Of a stretch of 64,000 nucleotides of DNA, positions 41,580 through 52,537 are shown piece after piece. The notes below the pieces were generated by a model. The model was not told where the DNA came from, made no database searches, and worked only from the letters and a program-made list of their open reading frames with translations. The position numbers and the translations under genes were made by a program. Location of the stretch: NCBI GenBank assembly GCA_951406725.2, contig OX597818.1:36084001-36148000 (forward strand). Direction: 5' to 3'. The stretch is from Octopus vulgaris (lineage: Eukaryota). Position 1 is the stretch's first letter. The number at the start of each line of letters is the position of its first letter.

Positions 41580-41590
<11 letters not shown>
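41272..41590. repeat. AT-rich fold-back (~145-bp arms, ~24-nt spacer)
   Basis: ATATTAAATTAGAGATAAAACCACTATTA..AATTAGTATAACACTAC / GTAGTGTTATACTAATTA..TAATAGTGGTTTTATCTCTAATTTAATAT; flanked by (TA)n. Confidence 0.88.
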
Positions 41591-41641
<51 letters not shown>

Positions 41642-41645
<4 letters not shown>

Positions 41646-41820
41646 AGGTGCTGAAAGGTTTCTGTTTTTAAGGGGATCGTGAAAGGCCTAGTTGGAGGCC
41701 CAACGTTCCAAGTTCTTTTACTTAGATAATTTGAAATACGGTTGCAATAAGTGTGTGTATATGAGAAGGGAATATGTTAAATAAAATCATGATTAACTGA
41801 TTTTATTAGCTTAGTTTTTC
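41642..41820 (+). mobile_element. Short mariner-derived remnant
   Basis: TA.GAGGTGCTGAAA.GTT TIR-like start and AATAAGTGTGTG.AT.TGAGA.GGGAATATGTT (KCV..GEYV, the mariner C-terminal signature). Confidence 0.5.
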
Positions 41821-41825
41821 CTTGC

Positions 41826-42017
41826 GGCTGGCCAGATTGGAGCAATCTCAAGATTAATCAGCCGAAATTGCGAGGATGATCCGGTTCTTGACTGAAGATA
41901 AAAGGCTTCGAATAACCCGTCCTTCTTATTTTGTATCGTCTATCTGGATGTTTTGTTGTCCCTTTTTGTATCACCTAGTTGTCCGGATGTTTTGCATTCT
42001 TGTCCCATTTTGTATTT

Positions 42018-42020
<3 letters not shown>
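41826..42020 (+). repeat. (TA)n-terminated repeat, homologue of 56998-57160; carries the 3' half of a hammerhead
   Basis: GGCTG..CAGCC-GAAATTGCG; shared TTTTTGTATCACCTAG..TCCGGATG..TTCTTGTCCCATTTTGTATTTTA. Confidence 0.6.
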
Positions 42021-42069
<49 letters not shown>

Positions 42070-42124
42070 CGGCGTACGTACACTTTGTTCTCTTATATAT
42101 ATACATATATATATATATATTATA

Positions 42125-42180
<56 letters not shown>

Positions 42181-42236
42181 CATATATATATGTATGTATA
42201 TATATATGTATATATATATATATATATATGTATATA

Positions 42237-42805
42237 TCTAATATAGAATAACATTTTTCGAAAAAAATTTTATCAATGGCCAGCATATTAAAAAATACCT
42301 TTAAAGGTTAAATTTATAAACAACTTATTAACAAGGGCAAAAGAAAAAAATTCCGTTATTACCATATCAGACCCGATTTCAGAGTTAGTTCATAAGAACC
42401 TTCCCTTCGTCAGTAATAAATGCGGTAAAGAAATAAATGAAATACTTACTTATACCCATGGAAGAAGCAAACACTAAGTCATGAGCACAATTAAGTACCC
42501 TAAATATACCCAAAATAGAAATTCTCCAGCCCATTCGAGTCACGTACGATTCGAACTGAAACTCTCACAGAGTGAGAGAGTCCGGAAGTGAACACTATTA
42601 GATTTACATCTAATATAGGATAAAATTTTTCGAAAAAAATTTCTGTCGGCTTTACTCGAGATGGACAATGTGTCTAGTTTCGGCATATTTGGCATTAGAA
42701 ATTTTTTCTTTTGCCCTTGTTTATAAGCTGTTTATAAATTTAACCTTTAAATGTATTTTTTAATATGCTGGCCATTGATAAAATTTTTAGGGTTAGGGTT
42801 AGGGA
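42237..42805. repeat. Composite direct plus inverted repeat element ending in (TTAGGG)3
   Basis: ~42264-42354 is inverted at ~42698-42788; 42237-42273 is directly repeated at ~42609-42644; TTAGGGTTAGGGTTAGGG at ~42787-42805. Confidence 0.75.
42359..42419 (-). ncRNA. Type-I hammerhead ribozyme, intact core
   Basis: Reverse complement: TTATTA-CTGACGA-[AGGG aa GGTTC ttat GAACT aa CTCT]-GAA-[ATCG ggtc TGAT]-A-TGGTAA. All core nucleotides are present and three stems form (with G-U pairs). Confidence 0.72.
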
Positions 42806-42935
42806 TGTGTGGGTTGAAAAAAAGGTATGATGTTGAGAGTTACTTACTAGCTAAACCACAATCTGATGGCGGTATGCAATCTGAAACTTTGGAGGCACAG
42901 TCAGCCTTTTCTTTGCATAAATTATGAGTGTTTTT

Positions 42936-42985
<50 letters not shown>

Positions 42986-43179
42986 AGTTAAATTTAAAAT
43001 TAAGATTAAAGTTTAGATGGGTGACATTAAAATGCGGTAGCCAAACCTTGTTTCAAGTAAGTCTCAGGTAGTGTGCCTGTAGAGCACGTTCACTACTTAT
43101 GGCTGCCAGACCTCATCCACGTTATTGCGCTTTCGTTGCTGGATCTACGTAAGAAATTCCTAGGTGAACGTTGGGTTTA

Positions 43180-43581
43180 TTTTAAATGATTGATGCGGAA
43201 GATGGAGTGTAACTAGAGACTTTATTTAGCACAACAATCGTTTCGACTGCCTTCTGCACTGCTTTCTGGAGAATACAGAACCATGTAATGACAGCAAATG
43301 CATCGCGCAGTGGAGAGTTTCATCAGGTGATGTAATATATTTCAATATTTATAAGATTTACATTTCACTCCAAGTTAGATGCAGGTGGTAACTTGGAGGG
43401 AAATGTAAATCTTAAAACTTTTGAAGCATATTACGTCACCTGATGAGTTCATATGCACTGAGTGATGCATGTGATGCCATTACATCGCTCCCCACCCACT
43501 CGGGAGCAGTGCAGAAGGCAACCGATACTATTGTTGTGCTAAATAAAGCTTCTGGTTACACTCTATCTTTCTTATCAATCA

Positions 43582-43590
<9 letters not shown>
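43180..43590. repeat. Imperfect fold-back (~195-bp arms), each arm with a long-stem-II hammerhead motif
   Basis: Minus strand 43230-43329: CAC-CTGATGA..GTC-GAAAC-gatt-GT-T-GTG. Plus strand 43437-43538: CAC-CTGATGA-GTT..AAC-C-GATAC-tatt-GT-T-GTG. Confidence 0.75.
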
Positions 43591-43627
<37 letters not shown>

Positions 43628-43646
43628 TCAGGGTGAGTACTTGATA

Positions 43647-43700
<54 letters not shown>

Positions 43701-43818
43701 TAAAAAAATGGAGTTAACGTAGGTGTAATCAAATATTTTTACTTTCGACACATGTTTCGAAAATTCCACTGATACTATTTTTGCTGCCCTGGTAACTATT
43801 TATTTATTTTTTTTTTCG

Positions 43819-43849
43819 TGTTAATTGTTAACAAGGTAAAAATACACAC

Positions 43850-43887
<38 letters not shown>

Positions 43888-44056
43888 GATGAGTGTATTT
43901 TTATCTTGTTAACAATTATTTTAACATTATTTATGTATTGGTTTATGTCTATCACTGTTTGAGTTGTATAATAATGGTTTTATCTTTAATTCATATTTTA
44001 TATATTTATAGAGTAAAATTTGATTTAATACTAAATTGAATTTTTCCCTATACTCC

Positions 44057-44105
<49 letters not shown>

Positions 44106-44345
44106 TATACTCCCTAATATATATATATATATATATATATATTAGGGAGTATAGGGAAAAATTCAATTTAGTATTAAATCAAATTTTACTCTATAAATAT
44201 ATAAAATATGTATTAAAGATAAAACCATTATTATGCAACTCAAACAGTGATAAACATAAACCAATACATAAATAACAAATAATATATATAATTAATTTTT
44301 CTATCAATGTTTGAGTTGCATAATAGTGGTTTTATCTATAATTAT
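43819..44345. repeat. Cluster of palindromes centred on (TA)n
   Basis: 43819-43926 and 43927-44275 are each self-complementary; the ORF track gives nearly the same peptide on both strands; arms are related to the 41195-41590 element. Confidence 0.85.
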
Positions 44346-44350
44346 ATTTT

Positions 44351-44415
<65 letters not shown>

Positions 44416-44444
44416 TGATAGATAGATAGTAGATGGATAGATAA

Positions 44445-44518
<74 letters not shown>

Positions 44519-44739
44519 GAAAACATTAATGAGTGCGTGCGTTATGTAAATAATATCTTCAGGATTAAATTATAAAACAACAAACGGAAAATATTACACA
44601 CACATAATTCAAAATAGCGTAGTAAATAGACAAACGAACATACACTAAATACACGGGCGAACAGAAAGAAGGTCACCAAATCTTCATCAGTTATCGGCCA
44701 GAGGGTCAAACGCATTTTCAGCCTTTGTCGATAATATAC

Positions 44740-44925
44740 TTTTCTACTCTAAGCACAAGGCCCGAAGTTTTGGGGTAGGGGGCCAGTCAATTAGATCGGG
44801 TCCTGTACACAACTGGTACTTAACTTGTCGACCTCGAAAGATGAGAAGCAAAGTCGGCCTCAGCGGAATTTGAACTCAAAGCGTAAAGACGGACGTGCTT
44901 ACGTTTCTGCCAGCTTGCCGCCTTG
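44740..44925 (-). mobile_element. Diverged SINE family B
   Basis: GCAAAGTCGGCCTCAGCGGAATTTGAACTC..TTCTGCCAGCTTGCCGCC. Confidence 0.7.
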
Positions 44926-45113
44926 CCATTATCGATAATATTGCTTCCACTCTGAAGGCACCGACAAGGAACTTGCCGGGAATGAAACCAAAACATAATA
45001 AAATGAGACAGGTTCGAGACGAGACCGTTAGTAGACGGACGAGGGACAAAACAATACACAGAATAAAGACTTAGGCTCACACGAAGACAACAATTAATAA
45101 TGATAATACATAT

Positions 45114-45523
45114 AGGCGCAGGAGTGGCTGTGTGGTAAGTAGCTTGCTTACCAACCACATGGTTCCGGGTTCAGTACCACTGCGTGGCATTTTGGGCAAG
45201 TGTCTTCTGCTATAGCCTCGGGCCGACCAATGCCTTGTGAGTGGATTTGGTAGACGGAAACTGAAAGAAGCCTGTCGTATATATGTATATATATGTATGT
45301 GTGTATATATGTTTGTGTGTCTGTGTTTGTTCCCCCTAGCATTGCTTGACAACCAATGCTGGTGTGTTTACGTCCCCGTAACTTAGCGATTCAGCAAAAG
45401 AGACCGATAGAATAAGTACTGGGCTTACAAAGAATAAGTCCCGGGATCGATTTGCTCGACTAAAGGCGGTGCTCCAGCATGGCCGCAGTCAAATCACTGA
45501 AACAAGTAAAAGAGTAAAAAGAG
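45114..45523 (+). mobile_element. SINE family A, full length
   Basis: GGCGCAGGAGTGGCTGTGTGG head through the GTAAAAGAG tail. Confidence 0.87.
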
Positions 45524-45859
45524 AGCTGCAAGACAAGATATAAGTGTGTAACGCGAGGGAGAAATGACAACTGTGCTAAAGGACTTTAGATACGGGGTGT
45601 GTAGGGCGAAGAGCTCAGAAAATCATGTGCTGAATGACACCGCGGCTTAGGTCCTCATGGGTCACTTAATAGTGGAAGGTGGGTAATGGCTGAAACTGCG
45701 TTTGACCCTGTGGGCGATAACTGGTGAAAAATTGGTGACATTCTGTGTTTTCTATTCGCCCGTGTATTTAGCATGTTTGTTTATATACTACACGTGTTTT
45801 TTTAAAATTATATATATAGCTATGTCATGATTTCTTGTCGTTGTCTTTTTATTTAATCC

Positions 45860-45888
45860 TATAGATAGATAGATAGATAGATAGATAT

Positions 45889-45940
<52 letters not shown>

Positions 45941-45953
45941 GTAGGTAGATAAG

Positions 45954-46016
<63 letters not shown>

Positions 46017-46029
46017 GTAGATAGATAGG

Positions 46030-46112
<83 letters not shown>

Positions 46113-46141
46113 GTAGATAAGTAGATATATAGATAGATAAA

Positions 46142-46177
<36 letters not shown>

Positions 46178-46188
46178 TAGATAGATAG

Positions 46189-46252
<64 letters not shown>

Positions 46253-46255
46253 CGA
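45860..46255. repeat. (ATAG)n tetranucleotide array, ~400 bp
   Basis: Direct reading. Confidence 0.95.
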
Positions 46256-46959
46256 TATGCATGTATGTACCATGTATGTATATGTGTATGTATGTGTGTG
46301 TGCATGCTCCAGCATGACCGCAGCTACATGGCTGAAACGAATAAAAGAATAAAAGGTCAGACACACACAAATACATGTATGTATGCAATATTTATAGGTA
46401 CTCATATGTATGTGTATACATACACGTATATATATGTATGTATATAAATACACACACGCACACACATACTTCCGAGTTTCGCGATGATGTTGGCAGTTTA
46501 TTTTGGAATATTTACCCATTTTGTTTGTGTTACTGATGCAAGGTTATGATTGATATAATCGAAAATAAACTTAAGGTTATATTCCTTTAATGCTAGATCA
46601 GAGATTGAACGGAGAAGTGGATACGATATTCTAACCTGTAGCCTATTATTCCGAAGTAGTTAGATTTCTAAAAATACGCATAATCCATACCAAAATATAA
46701 AACGATTGGATCAAACACTTTTGTTCATTGAAGACAAGCAAGTGACTTTGGAACTAAGTACAAGACTTCTTGATTGCTGAGAACTAAGAACAAGTCTTAG
46801 CTTGTATGACTCTCACAACAGTGAATTGTTTATACTGTGCTTCTAAACATGGCATGATATTTATTCCCACCACCACCACCACTACCAAGGATCTAACCTG
46901 AATACCATTCGGTTTCTGTGCCTCACCTATGGTTGTCGATGTTGGGTAATGGCTAAAAG

Positions 46960-47260
46960 AGAACAATTGCAAATACAAGCGACTGAAATGGTGTTCTTTT
47001 GAAATTTCTCTTGAGTAACATTAATCGCCGGGGTCGTAGCTCAGAGATCAAAGTGTCTCTCCAGATCCAGCCGCTATTTCTCCGAATTTTGAGGTCACTG
47101 TACAGCACTACAGACATATGATTGGAATGTCGCAGGAAAGAATCGCAAAACGGATTCTTCAAGCCGAGTCAACCGACAGAAGACCTAGGGAAAGAATATG
47201 AACGAAGTAATTCGATAATTTGGACAGAGCTTGAGAACGCACCTGGAATCTATAATGACC
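46960..47260 (+). pseudogene. Decayed 3' coding end of an RTE-clade (Rex3/Expander-like) LINE
   Basis: IQATEMVF..RSSEIKVSLQIQPLFLRI..MSQERIAKRILQAESTDRRPRER parallels the RTE C-terminal IQAAEM..RSS.IR..EPLLLRI..GRRPRGRP pattern. Confidence 0.6.
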
Positions 47261-47447
47261 GTTCCTTCCAATAGGACCCACCACCACAACGACGACGTCC
47301 ATTCCAGGAATAGTGGGCGGAGAAAATGAGTAGATGGATAAACCTTGCAGAATAATGCCAATATTAAAAAAAAAACTACGTGTCAAGGTAGTCTGTATAG
47401 CGGCAGGTAACTTAATGAGGCGAGATTTTTACTAATAAATATACACC

Positions 47448-47680
47448 TATTTCTTTACTTCCCACAAGGGGCTAAACACAGAGAGGACAAACAAGGACAG
47501 ACAAACGGATGAAGTCGATTATATCGACCCCTGTGCATAACTGGTACTTAATTTATCGACCCCGAAAAGGATGAAAGGCAAAGTCGACCTCGGCGGAATT
47601 TGAGCTCAGAACGTAACGGCAGACGAAATACGGCTACGCATTTCGTCCGGCGTGCTAACGTTTCTGCCAGCTCACCGCCT
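47448..47680 (-). mobile_element. SINE family B, full length
   Basis: Ends TTCTGCCAGCTCACCGCC (head on the reverse strand); TAATAAATATA(T/C)ACCT is repeated on both flanks as a TSD-like duplication. Confidence 0.85.
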
Positions 47681-49514
47681 TAATAAATATATACCTGGTT
47701 TGGACAGTTTATGGTCCTTGAGAAAACAAGTTTGAAAGTTAAACGATTTCATTTATCGTGATTTCATTATAATATAATTAGTTTGTGTGTTGTCAAATTA
47801 TAGGAAATATTATAAACGGTATTTATCGGTTTTGTGCGTAAGCTTTCATATTTTACTTCTTTTTTTTTGTCGGAAGAAATACAGGAAAGACTATGAAGCA
47901 GATGATGATGATGATGATGATGAAGATACTGCTGCTGATTATGATAATAATGATGACGGCGAGAAGGAGGATGAGGTGGGTGACGACGACGACGATAACA
48001 ATGACGGTGACGATGAGAACGACGTCGTTGATGATGGTAGTGGATGTGTTGAGGGTAGTAATGATGATGATGGTGATGATGATGACGACGACGACGACGA
48101 TGATGATGATGATGATGATGATGACGACGACGACGACGACGATGATGATAATGATGATGATGATAGCGGTTTTGGTGTTGGTAGTGGTGATGTAGGTGTT
48201 GCTAATGATAATAATGATTGTGATAACTGGTGGCAGTGATGACAGCGGTGGTGCTGATGATAACGACGGTGGTGGTGTTGACGATTGTGACGCTTGTAGA
48301 GCAGGTAATGGTGGTGGTGGTGGTGGTAGTGGTGGTGGTGGTGGTGGTGGTGGTGGTGGTGATGGTGGTGGTGGTGGTGTGGTTGAGGTCATGACGGTGG
48401 CAGTGGTAATGACGCGGTTAGGGGTAACGATGGTGATAGCCATAGTGTTGATGACGGTGAGGGGGTAGTGATAGTGGTGGTGGTGGTAGTGGTGGTGATG
48501 GTGGTGGTGGTGGTGGTGATGGTGGTGGTGATGGTGGTGGTGGTGGTGATAGTGGTGGTGGTTGTGATACTGGTGGTGATGGTAGAGGTGGTGATGGTGG
48601 TGGTGATAGTGGTGGTGGTAGTGATGGTGGTGGTGATAGTGGTGGCAGTGGTGGTGGTGGTGGTCATAGTGGTGGTGGTGGTGGTGGTGGTTACAGTGGC
48701 GATGGAGGTGTTAACGACGAGGAACAATGGTGGTTGAACGATGAGTGTGGGGATGGCGGTGGCGGTGGTGGTTTATGACGGTGGTGCTGCATGCATGGAC
48801 ACCCAACCCCACCCCCACTCCCACCCCCCTGGGGACTTCGCCGGAAATCTCATCACTAAGCAATTGATTAATTTGGAAAGCTAATCCGTTGATGACTATG
48901 AAGTAAATACCACGTTGCATTGTCTGCAGCTCCTGCAACCTCACTATTAATAGCTATTGGGTAGCACTATATAATTAGTATATAGGTTTCGATTTACTAA
49001 TTAAAGATTACCCACATCCACCCCATAACCACCCACCAACCAATAATATCACAACATCACTCAGAGCACCACACGCATAGCATACAACCTTACTCTCACC
49101 AATTCAACCAATACGTGCCAACTGTGAGAAAGGGAATCAATTTTACCAATTCCTCAGAGCCTTACCAGAACAGGTTTGCCACAATGAATTTTACCGAAAT
49201 TTGTACAGAGAAAAATACGGGAGGTGGCCACTCGGTATGAATTCTAATATATTATGGTGGCAAACTGGATGAGTGGTTGAAAGTGATGAATAAATTACCT
49301 TGCGTTGTCGTTTGGGAGTCTTTGTCTCAGAGTTCAAATACCGCCGAGGTCAACTTTGCCTTGCAACAGGACCTCCGTAATGCTATGATGGACCGTGAAG
49401 TCTAGCGTAGCATAGTAAATTCCATTGTCTCGACCACGGTCAAACAATGATGATGATGATTGCCTTGCGTCCTTCGCGAGTCGTTTTATTAAAATACAAT
49501 ACATTTTTTCTCTT

Positions 49515-50080
49515 CACCATCTCTTTTTTTTTTTTCTTCTTCTTCTTCTTCTTCTTCTTCTTCTTCTTCTTCTTCTTCTTCTTCTTCTTCTTCTTTTCCT
49601 TCTTCACCATCTCTTTCTTCTTCTTCTTCTTCTTCTTCTTCTTCTTCTTCTTCTTCTTCTTCTCCTTCTTCTTCTCCTTCTTCACCATCCCTTTCTTCTT
49701 CTTCACCATCTCTTTCTTCTCCTTCTTCACCATCTCTTTCTTCCTCTTCTTCTTCTTCTTCACCATCTCTTTCTTCTTCTTCTTCTTCACCATCTCTTTC
49801 TTCTTCTTCACCATCTCTTTCTTCTTCTTCTTCACCATCTCTTTCTTCTTCTTCTTCTTCTTCTTCTTCTTCTTCTTCTTCACCATCTCTTTCTTCTTCT
49901 TCTTCTTCTTCTTCTTCTTCACCATCTCTCTCTTCTTCTTCTTCTTCTTCTTCTTCTTCTTCTTCTTCCATCTCTTTCTTCTTCTTCTTCTTCTTCTTCT
50001 TCTTCTTCTTCTTCTTCACCATCTCTTTCTTCTTCTTCTTCTTCTTCTTCTTCTTCTTCTTCTCCTTTTTCTTCCTCCTC
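49515..50080. repeat. Higher-order minisatellite CACCATCTCTTT(CTT)n
   Basis: About 11 CACCATC anchors separated by variable-length (CTT)n. Confidence 0.9.
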
Positions 50081-51526
50081 CTCCTCCTCCTCCTTCTTCT
50101 TCTTCTTCCTCCTTCTTCTTCTTTCTCTCTTTTCTTCTACCCCCCCTCTCTCTCTCCCCTTTATCTAAGAAATTGGCTTGTGGTCAGACTTTGAGGCAGA
50201 TTACCTCCGCCAGGTCCAGCAGTAGCAACGTCCAAGTTATGCCATACGTCACAACGGTGCACTCGCGATTTCATTTAGGAGAGGATCGAAGCCAGAGAAA
50301 GAAATATCAAAATTGTTCTTGAAGTAGAATGAAGAATGATGGTAAACTCCCTGCAAGTTATATATTTAACGTATGATCCATATCCGATTGAGTCCATTTT
50401 ACTTCATTCGATTTGCTTTTCTAATATTTCCGAATTTACTCAAGTCAATAATTTGGAGAGAGATGGAGAGGGGTGAAATGGCCATCAATAATTCCAAGTT
50501 ACTGTTTACCTGTTAAGATACCCTATACGATGTGGACATTTTTGTTAATCTAATCTATAAAATGAAGAAGGCGAACGTTGATACAAATTGGATTTTTATG
50601 TAAAACGAGGTCTAAATGGGGCTTGAAGGAGATTAAAATTTACAGGAGGGGGTAACTTGAGATGAGAAATTGATTGGGAGACGTTTGGCGGGGGGGATCA
50701 GTGGTTGCTTTGGTGTGAAAATGGGGATTTTATTGATTTTGGGTGACACTTGGGGGTCTAGATTGGACACCTTTTGCTCGATTTCAATCAATTTTTCAAC
50801 ATGGTAAAGTGGAAGCGGATTTGTAATTTAAGCGCGGAAAATGGGTTCGACATTTTGAAAATAAAGGCAAGATTTTTGAAGTTGAAAAAATTTCTCGTTT
50901 TTATGTATTTTTGCCTTTTATTTTTTATTGTTTACAGTTTCCATTTTTTCTGAAAGAAATGTACAGCTACATGTAGCCCGTGTTTAGAGCTTTCATTTGC
51001 ATGGTCACTCATCGAAAAATTCCCAAAATAAATACTAAATTTAACAAAGAAATCCTGTTTTTCCATATATTTAATTGCTCAAATAGTGTTAAGTGTGCTT
51101 TCTGTTGCCACTGCCTGATATTTATGACTGATCTTTCAAAATATTTTCTTTCTCAACTTACTCAAGATCTTATAAATGAGAGAGAGATAGAGAAAGATAG
51201 AGAGTAAGAGAAAGCGAGGGAGAGTCCGAGATAAAAGATAGTGTAAGAGAATGGGAAAGTGAGAGAGAGAGGAGAGAGAAACAAAGAGGGAGAATGTGGC
51301 GATAAGAAACAGAAAGGAAGCAACAGAAAGTAACAACCACACACTCACCCGCACGTAGAGCGGGTCACCTTATAGTTGTTTATCTATAAAACGAAGTTCA
51401 ATGCAAATTTGCATGTCAGATATCCTATATCTGTACACCTTGTTGCGAGCAATTTTAACAGTTTTTTAAACACGTGAACACCAGTCGCTTTGACGAAAGC
51501 CTTTCCAAGCATTTATGATCGAAGTT

Positions 51527-51657
51527 ACAAGGAGAGACAAACGGATTAAGTCGATTATATCGATCCCAGTGCATAACTGGTACTTAATTTATCGACCCCG
51601 AAAAGGATGAAAGGCAAAGTCGACCTCGGCGGAATTTGAGCTCAGACGTAACGGCAG
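51527..51657 (-). mobile_element. SINE family B fragment
   Basis: Shares rare variants with the 47448-47680 copy. Confidence 0.78.
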
Positions 51658-51663
51658 TATCAT

Positions 51664-51695
<32 letters not shown>

Positions 51696-52169
51696 GAATC
51701 GACAGGACCCTAAAGAATGACAACAAATGACAGCACAAAAATACATTATACAATATTCAGTGAGATAACTTGTAGTACCCAGCATTACGTGAAATAAAGA
51801 CGTCAAAGAAACTGAAACTCTTATCAGTTCTTACGCCTCATTGACATTACGTATATATCGAGAGAGATCTAATTCGTGTAATTCTCTGTTGTAAGCAGCA
51901 ATGATGCTGTTAGATGAAAAAAAGTCGCGTTTGGTAAACAGCGCCTGGCTGAAGGTCTCCAGTGGGAAAAATACAAAAAAAATAAACGTTCCAACCACAG
52001 GAATAAGAACAACAAGAAACTGTAATTCAAGACCACCCAAGTTATAGGCTGGTTCATACTAGGTAATCGTCTTTCAGATCACAGCTTTGCCATATTAAGA
52101 AGGTTTGGGGAAGCCGATCAGATAATATATTTTTTGATACATTACACTTGAAAGGCGCATTACACTTGT

Positions 52170-52445
52170 GAAGGCGCGTGGCTCAGTGGTTAGAGCGTCG
52201 AGCTTACGATCGTGAGGTTGTGAGCTCGAATCCCGGACCGGGCTGCGTGTTGTGTTCTTGAGCAAGACACTTTATTTCACCTTGCTCCTGTTCACTCAGC
52301 TGTAGAAATGAGTTGTAACGTCACAGGCGCCAAGCAGTATCGGCCTTTGCCTTTCCCTTGGATAACATTGGTGGTGTGGAGAAGGGAGACCGGTATGCAT
52401 GGGCGACTACTGGTCTTCCAAAAACAATCTTGCCCGGACTTGTGT
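52170..52445 (+). mobile_element. SINE family C
   Basis: Head nearly identical to the 11437 copy; 3'-truncated. Confidence 0.82.
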
Positions 52446-52537
52446 AATATCAAATTTTGAAACAAACTCATAATTTTTTCTTATGTTTACTTCAGCATTC
52501 TCTAGAACAAGAGACTATGTGCAAAACCAAATATATG

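Noticed and set aside
47787-48737. Asp-rich and Gly/Val-rich ORFs resembling biomineralisation proteins
   Set aside because: Built from GAT/GAC/GGT repeats with stops between blocks; no signal peptide or splice support visible.
49425-50322. Poly-K/E/F/L ORFs and a CRISPR-like repeat-spacer look
   Set aside because: Pure minisatellite; spacers are (CTT)n of variable length, no cas genes are present, and the context is eukaryotic.
50500-51140. Unique-looking segment with DNA-transposon-like subterminal motifs
   Set aside because: No TIR pair or TSD could be identified by eye.
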